Shown: positions 41,319 to 51,608 of the stretch, piece by piece | Numbering within the stretch: the stretch's first letter is position 1 | Layout: each line of letters starts with the position of its first letter | From: an uncultured Chloroflexia bacterium | GTDB lineage: Bacteria > Chloroflexota > Anaerolineae > CG2-30-64-16 | Assembly (NCBI GenBank): GCA_963810095.1 | Contig: CAWEMM010000014.1 | Span: 64,001-128,000, forward strand | Reading direction: 5' to 3' | Length of the DNA stretch: 64,000 nucleotides | Translations under genes and position numbers: made by a program | Notes under the pieces: model-generated | What the model was told of the DNA's origin: nothing | Seen by the model: only the letters and a program-made list of their open reading frames with translations | Database searches by the model: none

Positions 41319-42029
41319 CTACGGGCTAAAGATGGCCCGCCCGATGCGCACGAGCGTTGCGCCTTCCTCGATCGCGACCTCGAAATCGTCCGTCATACCC
41401 ATTGATAGATGCGTCCAGGGCAGGGCAGGGTACAACCCGGCCAGCTCATCCCGCAAGCGGCGCAACGCCCGGAAGACGGGTCGGGCCTGCTCGGCCCGCT
41501 CGACAATGGGCGCCATCGTCATCAGACCCTCGATGCGCACGCCCGGCAGGGAGGCAATGGCCTCAACGGCCGCCCGGACGTCCGCGGGTCGGAAGCCCGC
41601 TTTGCTTTCCTCGCCCGAGACGTTCACCTCCAGGAGAATGGGCAATGTGTGGCCCCCGGGGACCAAGCGGCTGAGCCGGCCGGCGAGCTTCACGCCGTCG
41701 ACCGAGTGGACCATCGCAGACCAGGGAAACACGTCGTCTGCCTTGCGGCTTTGCAGGTGCCCGATCATGTGCCACTCCGGCGCCGGCCCACCCGCCGGGG
41801 TCTCCCGGATCAGCCGCTGCACGGCCTCAGCCTTCGGCCCCGCTTCCTCGACCCGGTTCTCGCCAAAGACGCGCAAGCCCGCCTGATACGCCGCGGCCAC
41901 CGTTTCCGCCGGCTGTGTCTTGCTGACCGCGACGAGGGTCACCTGGCCCGACCGCCCTGCGCGTCGCTCTGCCTCAGCGATCCGCTCTCGGACGCGTTCG
42001 ATGTTGCCCGTTAGTGTCTGTTCGTCCAT
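41319..42029 (-). CDS. yggS: YggS family PLP homeostasis protein
   Basis: [63 protein letters not shown]. Confidence 0.95.
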   Translation of the reverse strand: MDEQTLTGNIERVRERIAEAERRAGRSGQVTLVAVSKTQPAETVAAAYQAGLRVFGENRVEEAGPKAEAVQRLIRETPAGGPAPEWHMIGHLQSRKADDVFPWSAMVHSVDGVKLAGRLSRLVPGGHTLPILLEVNVSGEESKAGFRPADVRAAVEAIASLPGVRIEGLMTMAPIVERAEQARPVFRALRRLRDELAGLYPALPWTHLSMGMTDDFEVAIEEGATLVRIGRAIFSP

Positions 42030-42044
42030 TTTACGTTTGCCGCA

Positions 42045-42830
42045 TCACCCGCGAAGCATCATCAAGGCGCCGAAATGACCGGTGCGGCCCCGACCGCCAC
42101 GGTAGGAGAAGAACTCATCCATGTGGCACGCCGTGCAGATTTCGGCGACTTCGATTTGTCGCACACCGGCATCTCGCAGCCAATGACGGTTGGCAGACCA
42201 AAGGTCGAAGTGGCGCCTGCCGTTTCCGTTGTGCGGGAGCAGCCGGTCGCCTTCGGGGAAGCCCAGCCGGACTGCGGCCACGACCTCGTCGCCGATCTCG
42301 TAGCAGCAGGGACCGATGCTCGGCCCGATCCCGGCCACCAGGTCGGCCGGCCGGCTGCCGAATGCCTCGCCCATCGCCGCAATGGCCGCCGGCACTGCTC
42401 CGGCCACGGTCCCCCGCCACCCACTGTGGATGACGCCGTACGCCGCGTGCGGCGGGTCGTACAGCAGGATGGGGGTGCAGTCCGCGTAACGGAGCAGGAT
42501 GGGCACCCCCGGCTCGCCGGTCAGCAGCGTGTCTGTGTTCAGGAGCACCTGGCCGCGCTGCGCCAGTCCGACTTGCGCCGCGTTGGTGGTGTGGCGCTGG
42601 TTGGGGCTCACCAGGTCGGCGCGCGCGACGCCAAACGCGGCCGCGGTCCGGCTCAGGTTCTGCTCGACCAGCGCAGGGTCGTCGCCGTTGCCCTTCGTGA
42701 GGTTGAGGCTGGCCCACGGACCTGTGCTCACGCCCCCGTGGCGGGCGGTAATGCCGTGGACCACCTCGCCGTAACTGTCAAGCACCTCGAATGTGTAGTA
42801 AACGATGCCCAGGTGTTCTTGCCTGTTCAT
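42045..42830 (-). CDS. pgeF: Peptidoglycan editing factor PgeF (YfiH/YlmD)
   Basis: RHGGVS..WASLNL, NQRH, ADCTPILL, HSGWRG, GPSIGPCCYE, CTAC, FFSYR. Confidence 0.92.
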   Translation of the reverse strand: MNRQEHLGIVYYTFEVLDSYGEVVHGITARHGGVSTGPWASLNLTKGNGDDPALVEQNLSRTAAAFGVARADLVSPNQRHTTNAAQVGLAQRGQVLLNTDTLLTGEPGVPILLRYADCTPILLYDPPHAAYGVIHSGWRGTVAGAVPAAIAAMGEAFGSRPADLVAGIGPSIGPCCYEIGDEVVAAVRLGFPEGDRLLPHNGNGRRHFDLWSANRHWLRDAGVRQIEVAEICTACHMDEFFSYRGGRGRTGHFGALMMLRG

Positions 42831-42840
42831 GCAAATCCGA

Positions 42841-44613
42841 TCATGAAGCCGAGATGTCCGTCTCGACGAGCGCGGACTGGAGTGTGGCCCGGCAGACGCC
42901 GCAGGTCAGGCAGTCCTCGCAGCCGGGCGGGCAGCGGTGGCCTAGCCGTTCCTTCTCCGACAGCCGGAGCTCGTAGCGGTAGAAGCTGGGCCGCACCCCG
43001 CTCTCGACGATGTCCCACGGCTCGAATCCGCCGGGGGTTCGCTCATCGAGGAACTCCGCAGGGGTCAGCCCGTGCCGCCCCAGCGCCTCGTGGAACCCGC
43101 GCAGCGTCAGCTTCTCTGTCTCCCACAGCACGGGCGCCAGCCGGCGATCGCCGCGCGAGAGCACGCCCTGCACCTCGGCCCATTCGGGCGAATCCGCGTC
43201 CACGGTCACCTTGTGTTTCGTAAGCATCCGCCTCAGCACACGCTGCCGCTCGCTCAGCACCTTCGCGGGCGTCATGGCAGTCCACTGAAACGGCGTGTGC
43301 GCTTTGGGCGTAAACGGGGTCGCGTTGATCGCGACGTTCCGGCGGAAGATGGCGCGCGCCTTGAGCGTCAGGTCGGCGATGGCGGCAATGTCGTCGTCCG
43401 TTTCGGTCGGATGGCCGACCATGAAGTACATCTTCAGCTGCGGGAAGCCGTACGCCTGGGCGAGCTCGACCGCGTGCAGCAGGTCGTCCTCACACTGCGA
43501 CTTGTTGATCACCCGGCGCAGGCGGTCACTGCCTGCCTCGGGCGCGATGGTTAACGTCTGGTTGCCGCTTGCAGCCAGCGCGGCCACCAGCGGCTCGCTG
43601 ATCGGGTCGGTGCGCATGGAACTGACGCCGAAACGCGCGCCCATGCCGCGCAGTTCCTCGGCCAGCTCGTCGATCTGCGAGTGATCCGACACCGCGGCCG
43701 ACACCAGGCCAAGCGACGGCGGCTGGACGCCGGCGATGCCGCCGTGCGCGTGGACGGGCAGGCGGAGCGCCAGGGCCTCACGCGCCCAGGCGACGATGCG
43801 CTCCAAGGGCTGCTCGCGCGGGGGGCGATAGACGTAGCCGGCCAGGCAGAAGCGACAGCCCCGGCCGCAGCCGCGGGCGATCTCGATCAGGTGCCGGTTC
43901 GGGAACTCGGCGTCGGGCGTGTAGAGCAGCGAAACGGGCTCGAGCGCCGCCGCCCCGCGCACCCAGAGGCGCTCGATCTGGCGGCCACCCGGCTGGGGCG
44001 CAGTCAGCGACGGCACGTAAATGCCAGGCTCGCGTGCCAGCGTATCGAGCAGCGGCCGAGGCGCCGCGTCGTCGCGCCGGTCGCGATCCTCCGTGATCCC
44101 GTCGACAAACAGGTCGATGAGCCGGGGGAGCGCTTCCTCCGCTTCGCCGATCAATACTGCGTCGAAGAATGGCGCGAGCGGTTCCGGGTTCATGCTGAGG
44201 GCCGGGCCCCCGGCAAGCAGAAACGGCCGGCCGCCGTGATCCTCGGTTGTTAAGCCGGGCGGTTCGACCCCGGCCTGCCGCAGCATGGCCGCCACGTGGA
44301 AGTAATCCATCTCGAAGGAGACGGTGAAGGCCCAGACGTCGAACTCGCCGACCGGGCGGCCGGTTTCCAGCGACAGGAGGGGCTGCCCCGCCGCGATGGC
44401 CTGTTCGTCCCAGAAGACGCGCTCGCAGACGACATCGGGGCGCGCGTTAAAGAGCCGGTACAAGATCTGCAGCGCGAGGCTGGACATACCGACGCCGTAA
44501 GTGTTCGGGTAGGCGAGCGCAACGGTGAGCTTTCCGCCGTGGTCCTTAACGATGGTGCCGGTTTCCCGGCCGAGCACGGCCTTGCCTGCCGCGATTTGTT
44601 TCCAGGAACTCAT
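42841..44613 (-). CDS. Radical SAM protein with N-terminal B12-binding-like domain (TIGR03960-like)
   Basis: Start MSSWKQ at 44613. AYPNTYGVGMSSL, ERVF, RGCGRGCRFC (CX3CX2C), TIAPEAGS, YFMVGHPTE, PKAHTPFQW, C-terminal C..CEDC..CGVC. Confidence 0.85.
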   Translation of the reverse strand: MSSWKQIAAGKAVLGRETGTIVKDHGGKLTVALAYPNTYGVGMSSLALQILYRLFNARPDVVCERVFWDEQAIAAGQPLLSLETGRPVGEFDVWAFTVSFEMDYFHVAAMLRQAGVEPPGLTTEDHGGRPFLLAGGPALSMNPEPLAPFFDAVLIGEAEEALPRLIDLFVDGITEDRDRRDDAAPRPLLDTLAREPGIYVPSLTAPQPGGRQIERLWVRGAAALEPVSLLYTPDAEFPNRHLIEIARGCGRGCRFCLAGYVYRPPREQPLERIVAWAREALALRLPVHAHGGIAGVQPPSLGLVSAAVSDHSQIDELAEELRGMGARFGVSSMRTDPISEPLVAALAASGNQTLTIAPEAGSDRLRRVINKSQCEDDLLHAVELAQAYGFPQLKMYFMVGHPTETDDDIAAIADLTLKARAIFRRNVAINATPFTPKAHTPFQWTAMTPAKVLSERQRVLRRMLTKHKVTVDADSPEWAEVQGVLSRGDRRLAPVLWETEKLTLRGFHEALGRHGLTPAEFLDERTPGGFEPWDIVESGVRPSFYRYELRLSEKERLGHRCPPGCEDCLTCGVCRATLQSALVETDISAS

Positions 44614-44620
44614 GGTCTTT

Positions 44621-44770
44621 CTGATCTGAAATGGGACACTGATTGAACAGATCGGACTGATCATGACGATTCTTACCCGAAGGACAGTTCAGATCAGTTC
44701 AATCAGTTGCATCAGCGTCCCATTTCACCCTGCGTTGTCCGGCAGCGCGGGTGAGGGTTTAGAGTGATCG
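44621..44770. repeat. Composite palindromic dispersed repeat, copy 2
   Basis: TGAAATGGGACACTGATTGAACAGAT...ATCAGTTCAATCAG...CGTCCCATTTCA plus the right flank CCCTGCGTTGTCCGGCAGCGCGGGTGAGGGTTTAG; see copy 1. Confidence 0.8.
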
Positions 44771-44782
44771 CTGCTCGCAAGT

Positions 44783-45439
44783 CTACGGCAGCCCGTATGC
44801 CAACGTCTGCAATTTGGCGACCCATTGGTCGGGAATGATTGACCAGGCATCCAGCGCGGTCACGACGATGCCCCCTGCCTCCCGCAGGTCGTACCACACC
44901 CGTAGGGGTGGGAAGATGCGCTGCGTGTCGGTCGAAGTGGGGCTGGTCACCGCATCGATGCCGGCCCGGCGAAAGAGCCAGCGAGCGCGGAAGAGGTGCA
45001 GCGGGTGGCTGACGAGCACGGCAGTGCGCCACCCCTGTTGCGCCATCACCTGCCCGGTCGACTGCGCGTCCTCGATGGTATTGGTGCTCCCGTCGGCGAG
45101 CAAGACGCTCGGTGCGGGCACGCCGAGACTCACGGCGAAGCGCTTGCACACGGACGCGGCAGAAAGCGGCTCGTCCCTGAAGCCGCCGGTGCAGATGATG
45201 TGGGGCGCAATCCCCGCGTGCCACAGGTCCACCGCATGGTAGGTGCGGCTGGTCAGGTCCGAGCCCGGCGTGCCGTCGGCGTTGACGCGCGCGCCGAGCA
45301 CGACGATCGCGTCCGCCGGCCGCGCCTGATCCTCGCGTCCCAGCGCGTCGACCTGCCAGGTGAGGACGGCGAAGCCGAGAAGAGCCAGCAGGAGGAGGAT
45401 CAACACGGCGCGCAAAAACGCACGTAGCAGACGTCGCAT
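44783..45439 (-). CDS. YdcF/DUF218 family protein with N-terminal membrane anchor
   Basis: ADAIVVLGA, CTGG, STNTIEDA, VSHPLHLFRA, LREA. Confidence 0.9.
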   Translation of the reverse strand: MRRLLRAFLRAVLILLLLALLGFAVLTWQVDALGREDQARPADAIVVLGARVNADGTPGSDLTSRTYHAVDLWHAGIAPHIICTGGFRDEPLSAASVCKRFAVSLGVPAPSVLLADGSTNTIEDAQSTGQVMAQQGWRTAVLVSHPLHLFRARWLFRRAGIDAVTSPTSTDTQRIFPPLRVWYDLREAGGIVVTALDAWSIIPDQWVAKLQTLAYGLP

Positions 45440-45500
45440 CACTTGATTATACTACAGCCGAACAGTAGACGTAACGCGCGATTTGCGCCGGGTGCAAAAT

Positions 45501-45528
45501 GAGCCGGACCGCTTCGATGGTCCGGCTC
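45501..45528 (-). terminator. Probable intrinsic terminator of nrdJ
   Basis: GAGCCGGACC / GGTCCGGCTC 10-bp stem; ATTTT follows on the minus strand. Confidence 0.6.
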
Positions 45529-45558
45529 GCGTTGCGCTAAGCGCCAGGCCTGCCTAAT

Positions 45559-48080
45559 CTAGCACTCGCTGTATCCGCAGGCGTAGCACTTTCGGCACCC
45601 CTCGGTGGGGACGAAGGCGGCCTGGCCGCATTCGGGGCAGAGGTCGCCGATCGGGCGGTCGCTGATGGGCAGCGGCAGCTGGGCCACGTACTCCGGCGGC
45701 TCGTCTTCGCCGGCGTCGGCTGTGCCTTCTTCGGTCTGGCTGAGATACTCGCGCAGCACCTGGGCCACGGCGTCGGGCAGAGAGCGCACCCGGTTCGCAC
45801 CGAACCCCAACGACCGGCCCCCGCCGATGCCCGCCAACTGGTCAACCACCTCGTCCAGCCGCTCACGCTCGTCGAGCGGCGACGGGAGGCGGAGGATGAG
45901 CGAGATCAGCCGGCCGAGCGCCTCGGAGACGGCCGCGACGTCGCTGCCGGCCTTGCCCACGTTCATGAACACCTCGAAGGGCTTGTCGCCGCCGTTGATG
46001 TTCACCGTGACGTACGCGGTGCCGAGGGGCGTCTCCTTCCGGTAGGTGATACCCCGGAGGATACTGGGTCGCGGCCGGCGCTTCAGCATCGGATAGGGCT
46101 CGGCCGCGGCAGAGGGCGCCGGTGCGGGCGCCTCCATGCCGGTGGTCGCGCCGTTGCCCCTGGACTTTGCGTCTGCGGTGGCCTTGGTTTCCAGCACCAC
46201 CTCTTGCCGGCTGCCCGTGACATAAACCGTCAGGCCTTTGCACCCCAGCCGCCAACCGAGCAGGTAGGCTTTCTCCACATCCTCGACCGTCGCCGTCTCG
46301 GGGAAGTTGACCGTCTTCGAAATCGAGTTATCGACGAAGGCCTGGATGGCCGCCTGCATGGCGACATGCTCTTCCGCCGTGATATCTTGCGACACGACGA
46401 ACACATGCCGCAAGGCCTCGGGCACCTCGGGCACGTCCTGGCAGCTGCCGAGCAGGCTGACCTGTTCGCCAATGCGCTGCTGGGCCGCCTTGTCGATACC
46501 GACCGCGGTCAGCGCCTGCTCGAAGAGCGGGCTGGTGTAGGTGAGCTTCAGATCGCGCTCGCCGTCTTTGACCGTCCGGGTGTAGGCCAGGGCGAAGACC
46601 GGCTCGCACCCGTAGCCCTCGCACCCCGCCACCGTGCCAATCGTGCCCGTGGGCGCGACCGTCGTCTGTGCGGCGTTGCGGATGCCGTGCTGTTTGATCC
46701 CGGCCACGATCTCCTGCCAGTTCAACGGCGGGCCGGCGCCAATCATGTTCGATAGGGCGCCAGCGGCTGCGGCGGCTGCCACTGCAGGGCTTCGGGGTCG
46801 TAGATGCTGCCCTTGATGGCCAGGAACGGCCCGCGGTCGCGCGCCAGCTCGACGCTGGTCTTCATGCAGTGGTAGCGCACGAACTCTATGACCTGCGCGG
46901 CAAACTCCTGGCCCTCGGGCGATCCGTAGCGCACGCCGAGCCGGTACATCATGTCGCCCAGGCCCATGATGCCGAGGCCGATGCGCCGCGCCCGGAGGGC
47001 CGACTCGCGCAGCTGGGGCACGGCGGGGACGTACTTGTTCGCGTCGACGACGTTGTCCAGGAAGCGGGTGGAGACGACGACGCTGACGCGCAACTTCTCC
47101 CAGTCGACCTCACCGTCGGGGGTCAAATGCTGGGCCAGGTTGATCGAGCCGAGGCAGCAGTTCTCGTAGGGGCCGAGGAACTGCTCGCCGCACGGGTTGG
47201 TCGCGGCCAATTCGTAGAGGTGCGGCACCGGGTTCTGGCGATTGGCCGCATCGAGGAACAGCACGCCCGGTTCGCCGTTGTGGTGCGCGTAGGTGACGAT
47301 CTTGTGGAACAGGTCGCGCGCCCGCACCGTGCGCCAAACTTTGCCATCCCGCGGGTTGCGGAGTTCGAATTCTGCGTCGCTTTCGACCGCTCGCATGAAC
47401 TCGTCGGTGATGCCAACCGAGATGTTGAAGTTGCTGATCTGGCCTTCCTGCGCTTTGCAGGTGACAAATTCTTCGATGTCGGGGTGATCGACGCGCAGCA
47501 CGGCCATGTTGGCCCCCCGCCGGGTGCCGCCTTGAGCTACCTCACCAAACGCAATGTCGTATACCCGGAGAAAGCCGACCGGCCCTGTGGCCACGCCCGC
47601 GCTCGACTTGACCGCGTCACCCTTGGGGCGCAGGTTCGTGAATGAGAAACCGTTGCCGCCGCCCGTCTGCTGGATGAGCGCCGCATCGCGCAGGGTCTGG
47701 AAAATGCCCGCCGCGTCACGGCCCATGTCGTCGGAGATCGGGAGCACAAAACAGGCGGCCAATTGCCCCAACGGCGTGCCCGCACCGGTGAAAGTCGGCG
47801 AGTTCGGGAAAAAGCGGAGGCTGCTCAGGAGGCCGTAAAAGCTATCCTCTGTGCTCTGCACATCGTACCCATGCTCACCGTCGGGCTCGGCGACGGCCCG
47901 CGCCACCCTGCGAAACATGCCTTCGATGTCTTCAATGGGTTTGCCGTCGATCCCACGCCGCAAATAGCGCTTCTTAAGCACCTGGCGGCTGTTTTCAGAG
48001 AGCTGCGTTTCTTCTGGCGGCTCAATCGCTGGTGCGAATGCCTTGGCCTCAGTCATATTCTGAACCTCATCCCTGATCAT
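45559..48080 (-). CDS. nrdJ: Class II (adenosylcobalamin-dependent) ribonucleotide reductase with C-terminal TSCPD/Zn-ribbon (frameshift near 46750-46780)
   Basis: [65 protein letters not shown]...C..CGYSEC. ORFs 46743-48080 and 45559-46782; alternative start 48056. Confidence 0.92.
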
Positions 48081-48223
48081 CGGTACGCTCCTCGATCCCT
48101 ACTTGATCGTGTCCGGCACGCTGGCGTGTATGGAGGCGGTGACCCGCATCGCACGCGACGCGATGCGACCCCCGCACCTTACTTCCGCCCAATAGCCTTC
48201 TGTCCATCGCTTGCGGGACAGAC

Positions 48224-48673
48224 TTACTTGCGCTCTTTCATCAGTCGCTCGAGCTCGCGCTGCAACGCCCCGACGTCATCCATTTCCATGTAGACGATCG
48301 CAAACCGAATGTACGCCAGCGAATCCAACTCGCGCAGTTTCTCGAGCACCATCTCGCCGATGACTTCGCTGTGCACCTCGGCCTTGCCCAGCGAGAAGAG
48401 GTGCTCTTCGATCTGGTCGACGATGCGGTCGATGTCGGCCATGGCGATGGGGCGCTTGGCACAGGCGATTCGCACGCCCTGGAGCAGCTTGTGCCGGTCG
48501 AACGGCTCGCGCCGCCCGTCGCGCTTGACGATCAGCAGTGCTTCGGAGATCTGCTCGTAGGTGGTGAAGCGCTTGCGGCACTTCTGGCACTCCCGGCGCC
48601 GGCGGATGCTGTCGCTGGTCGAGCGGGTGTCCACCACTCGCGTGTCGGGCTGTCCGCAGTATGGGCACTGCAT
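48224..48673 (-). CDS. nrdR: Transcriptional repressor NrdR
   Basis: MQCPYC...VVDTR..IRRRRECQKC.KRFTTYE, ATP-cone VKRDGRRE.FDR.K, AYIRFA.VY. Confidence 0.95.
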   Translation of the reverse strand: MQCPYCGQPDTRVVDTRSTSDSIRRRRECQKCRKRFTTYEQISEALLIVKRDGRREPFDRHKLLQGVRIACAKRPIAMADIDRIVDQIEEHLFSLGKAEVHSEVIGEMVLEKLRELDSLAYIRFAIVYMEMDDVGALQRELERLMKERK

Positions 48674-48831
48674 GCAGGGCTCCTGTTCTGATGGACCGGA
48701 TGGTGGCTGCACCCGGTTTCTGGCGACAAAAACGCCATGCCCGCCCGCCGCGCGGCACTGCGCAGGCAAGCAGCGGGGCATGGCGCAAGGCGTCGATGAT
48801 GAAGCGGCGCGGCCGAAGCTTCGGCCAGGGC

Positions 48832-48917
48832 GCACCAGCCCTAGTACTACGTGAGCGTCATCCTACTACAGGTTGTGGTGACAGCGGGAGTATATCACAG
48901 CCGGGGTAAAGAGGCAA
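48832..48917 (-). promoter_or_regulatory. nrdR-nrdJ promoter with two NrdR-box-like sites
   Basis: Minus strand TTGCCT (48917-48912), 17 bp, TG-extended TATACT (48894-48889). NrdR-box-like CTACTACAGGTTGTGG (48863-48878) and weaker GCACCAGCCCTAGTAC (48832-48847), 31 bp apart. Confidence 0.55.
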
Positions 48918-49011
48918 GGCATGAAAACGGTTTTAGACGAAAATTTAAGGTCGAGTTTTGTATGCGCCGCGGGGAGTTACAATTGCCCGTGAGACGGCCA
49001 GACACGCGCAG

Positions 49012-49048
49012 GGCATGCGCGGGCGAGAGTCTTTCGCCCGCGCATGCC
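49012..49048 (-). terminator. 15-bp stem-loop downstream of ftsZ
   Basis: GGCATGCGCGGGCGA / TCGCCCGCGCATGCC. Confidence 0.55.
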
Positions 49049-49132
49049 TTATGCGCGCCGCTCGCGTTTGCGACAGGAGTCGGGCCGTCCTGCCCGCGAG
49101 CGCGTCCTTGCAGCCCGGCGCGTGCCGGCCGC

Positions 49133-50224
49133 TTACTGCGTGCGGTTCGCCCGGCGCAGGAACGCGGGGATGTCCAGGTCCTCGCGGTCGTATGTGCGCC
49201 GCGGGAACTCGACCACCCGGCTCTCCTCGCCCTGGGTCACCTTCTGGTCCTTGATTGCGTCGAAACCGGTCGCGATCACGGTGATCCGGATGGCGTCTTT
49301 CATGTTCGGGTCGATCACCGCGCCGAAGATGATATTCGCGTCCGGGTCCGCGGTCCGCTGGATGATCTCCGCGGCCGCGTTCACTTCGTGCAGGGCCAGG
49401 TCTGCGCCGCCCGTGACGTTGAACAGGATGCCCTGGGCGCCCTCGATGCTCACGTCGAGGAGCGCGCTGTGGATCGCCTGCTCCGCCGCGTTCTGGGCCC
49501 GGTTGTCGCCGCTGGCCGTCCCGATCGACATCAGGGCCGATCCGCCTTCATTCATCACCGCGCGCACGTCGGCGAAGTCCAGGTTGATCAGGCCCGGGAT
49601 GGTGATGAGTTCGGAGATGCCCTGGATGCCCTGGCGCAGCACGTCGTCTGCGGTCAGGAACGCCTGCTGGATCGTGGCCTTCTTGTCGACGACCTGCAGC
49701 AGCCGGTCGTTCGGGATGACGATCAGCGTGTCCACGCTCTCGCGCAGCCGCTTGATGCCCTCTTCCGCGATGCGCTTGCGCCGGGCGCCCTCGAACGTAA
49801 AGGGCTTGGTGACGACGCCGATGGTCAAGGCGCCGGATTCCTTCGCCAGGCGAGCGACCACGGGGGCCGCGCCGGTGCCGGTGCCGCCGCCCATGCCGCA
49901 CGTCACGAAGATCATGTCAGTGCCTTTGATCAGGCTCTTGACGTCTTCCGTCGACTCCATCGCGGCCTTCTCGCCGATCTCAGGCTGCCCGCCGGCGCCC
50001 AGGCCCTTGGTCAGCTTGTCACCGATCCGCACCCGCTGCGGCGCGTTCGCCAGCATGAGCGCCTGCGCATCGGTGTTGATCGCGATGAACTCGACGCCCC
50101 GGATGCCCTGCTCGATCATGCGGTTGACGGCGTTTGAGCCGCCCCCGCCGACGCCCAAGACCTTAATCTGGGCAGGATTCTCCAGGAACGGAGGCTGCTG
50201 CTGCTGCGGTTTCGTTGCTGTCAT
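49133..50224 (-). CDS. ftsZ: Cell division protein FtsZ
   Basis: [35 protein letters not shown]-terminal [10 protein letters not shown]. Confidence 0.99.
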   Translation of the reverse strand: MTATKPQQQQPPFLENPAQIKVLGVGGGGSNAVNRMIEQGIRGVEFIAINTDAQALMLANAPQRVRIGDKLTKGLGAGGQPEIGEKAAMESTEDVKSLIKGTDMIFVTCGMGGGTGTGAAPVVARLAKESGALTIGVVTKPFTFEGARRKRIAEEGIKRLRESVDTLIVIPNDRLLQVVDKKATIQQAFLTADDVLRQGIQGISELITIPGLINLDFADVRAVMNEGGSALMSIGTASGDNRAQNAAEQAIHSALLDVSIEGAQGILFNVTGGADLALHEVNAAAEIIQRTADPDANIIFGAVIDPNMKDAIRITVIATGFDAIKDQKVTQGEESRVVEFPRRTYDREDLDIPAFLRRANRTQ

Positions 50225-50284
50225 GTCTCACCTCTTCTACACTGTCGTTTTGCGACTGGCACGCACGCTGCCCAGCTGCGCTAG

Positions 50285-51541
50285 CTACGATGATACGGGC
50301 AGGAAGTTCTTCATCAGGCCCATCAACCGCTGTCCCAGGCCCGGTTTGGGGGGCTCCAGGTTGCGGGGTTTCGCGCCGCGGTGCAGGCCCCAGAGGAGCA
50401 GACCGACGGGCGCTGCGTATTCAGGACTGGCAATATCGAACGCCGAGCCTACGGCCCCGTTCGGTTGGCCGATGCGCACCGGCCAACGCATCCTGCTTGT
50501 GCTCAAGTCACCCAGGCCCGGCAATTGGGCCACGCCACCGGTGAGCACGACGCCGGCTGACGTCAACCCATCGTATCCACTGCGCTTCACCTCCGAGATG
50601 AGCTGGTCTGCCAGTTCTTCTGCCCTTGCATTGATGATTTCGGACAGGACCCGCCGGCGGACCACTTGTTGGCCCTCCTGCCCGAAAGCGCCGGCGCGCA
50701 CTTCCCCGTCGACGGGCACGCGCTCGGGAACGGCATGGCCGTACTGCCGGATCAGCGCTTCGGCGCTGTCCCGCGACATGCGCAGTACGGACGAAACATC
50801 GTGTACGAGGTATTCGCCGCCTACTTCCAGCGAGTGGGCCTGCCAGGGCGCCTTCTCGACGTAGATCGCCAGGTCGGTCGTGCCGGCCCCGATATCGGCC
50901 AGGACGACGCCCGCCCGCAACTCGTCGGGCGTGAGCACGGCTTCGGCCGAGGCAAGCGGCTCGAACACCAGGTCGTGGATCCGCACCCCATTGTCCAGAA
51001 CGCAGTTGGTCAGGTTAAGGATGTTTGACGAGGCCCCTGTGACGACCGTCGCTTCCACCTCCAGGCGATAGCCGGCCGATCCGACGGGGTTATCCACACC
51101 CTCCTTGTCGTCCAGTTTGTACTGCCGCGCCACGACGTTGATCACTTCCCGGTTATGGGGCAGCGCAATGCTGCCCGCCTGGTCCAGGGCCCGCTGGCAA
51201 TCTTCGGCCGTCACGCGGCGCCCGTTCTTGCCGAGGTCGACCACGCCTTTGCTGCCGAGCGTCTGGATGTGCGAGCCAGAGATGCTCACGTACGCGGCTT
51301 CCATGGTCACGCCGGAAGTGCTTTCCGCCTCGTCGATGGCCTTGCCAATGCACGCGGTCGCTTCCAGCGTGTTGACCACGACGCCCTTGCGCAGGCCCTC
51401 GGAAGGCACCCGCCCAGCGCCTACGACGGTCAACTGTCCCTTGTCGTCCACCCGCGCGATCAGCGCGCAGACCTTGGACGTGCCGACGTCCAGAGCGCAG
51501 AATACCTCGTTTGCGTGGTTCCCCGTTGCGCTTGTCACCAT
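50285..51541 (-). CDS. ftsA: Cell division protein FtsA
   Basis: ALDVGTSKV, GLRKGVVV, DIGAGTTD, VVLTGG, RIGQP, YAAPVGL. Confidence 0.95.
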   Translation of the reverse strand: MVTSATGNHANEVFCALDVGTSKVCALIARVDDKGQLTVVGAGRVPSEGLRKGVVVNTLEATACIGKAIDEAESTSGVTMEAAYVSISGSHIQTLGSKGVVDLGKNGRRVTAEDCQRALDQAGSIALPHNREVINVVARQYKLDDKEGVDNPVGSAGYRLEVEATVVTGASSNILNLTNCVLDNGVRIHDLVFEPLASAEAVLTPDELRAGVVLADIGAGTTDLAIYVEKAPWQAHSLEVGGEYLVHDVSSVLRMSRDSAEALIRQYGHAVPERVPVDGEVRAGAFGQEGQQVVRRRVLSEIINARAEELADQLISEVKRSGYDGLTSAGVVLTGGVAQLPGLGDLSTSRMRWPVRIGQPNGAVGSAFDIASPEYAAPVGLLLWGLHRGAKPRNLEPPKPGLGQRLMGLMKNFLPVSS

Positions 51542-51608
51542 GACCTCACCCCCCTACCCTCACGCCTGCCCCGCAACCTGCCGTTCGCACAGGCGAGAGG
51601 GAGGTCCA

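Noticed and set aside
45559-48080. Naturally split nrdJa/nrdJb, intein or programmed frameshift in nrdJ
   Set aside because: The break falls inside the catalytic domain rather than before the TSCPD domain, there are no intein motifs or slippery site, and similar breaks occur throughout the window
48081-48223. Cobalamin riboswitch upstream of nrdJ
   Set aside because: No recognisable B12-box or conserved core motifs on the minus strand
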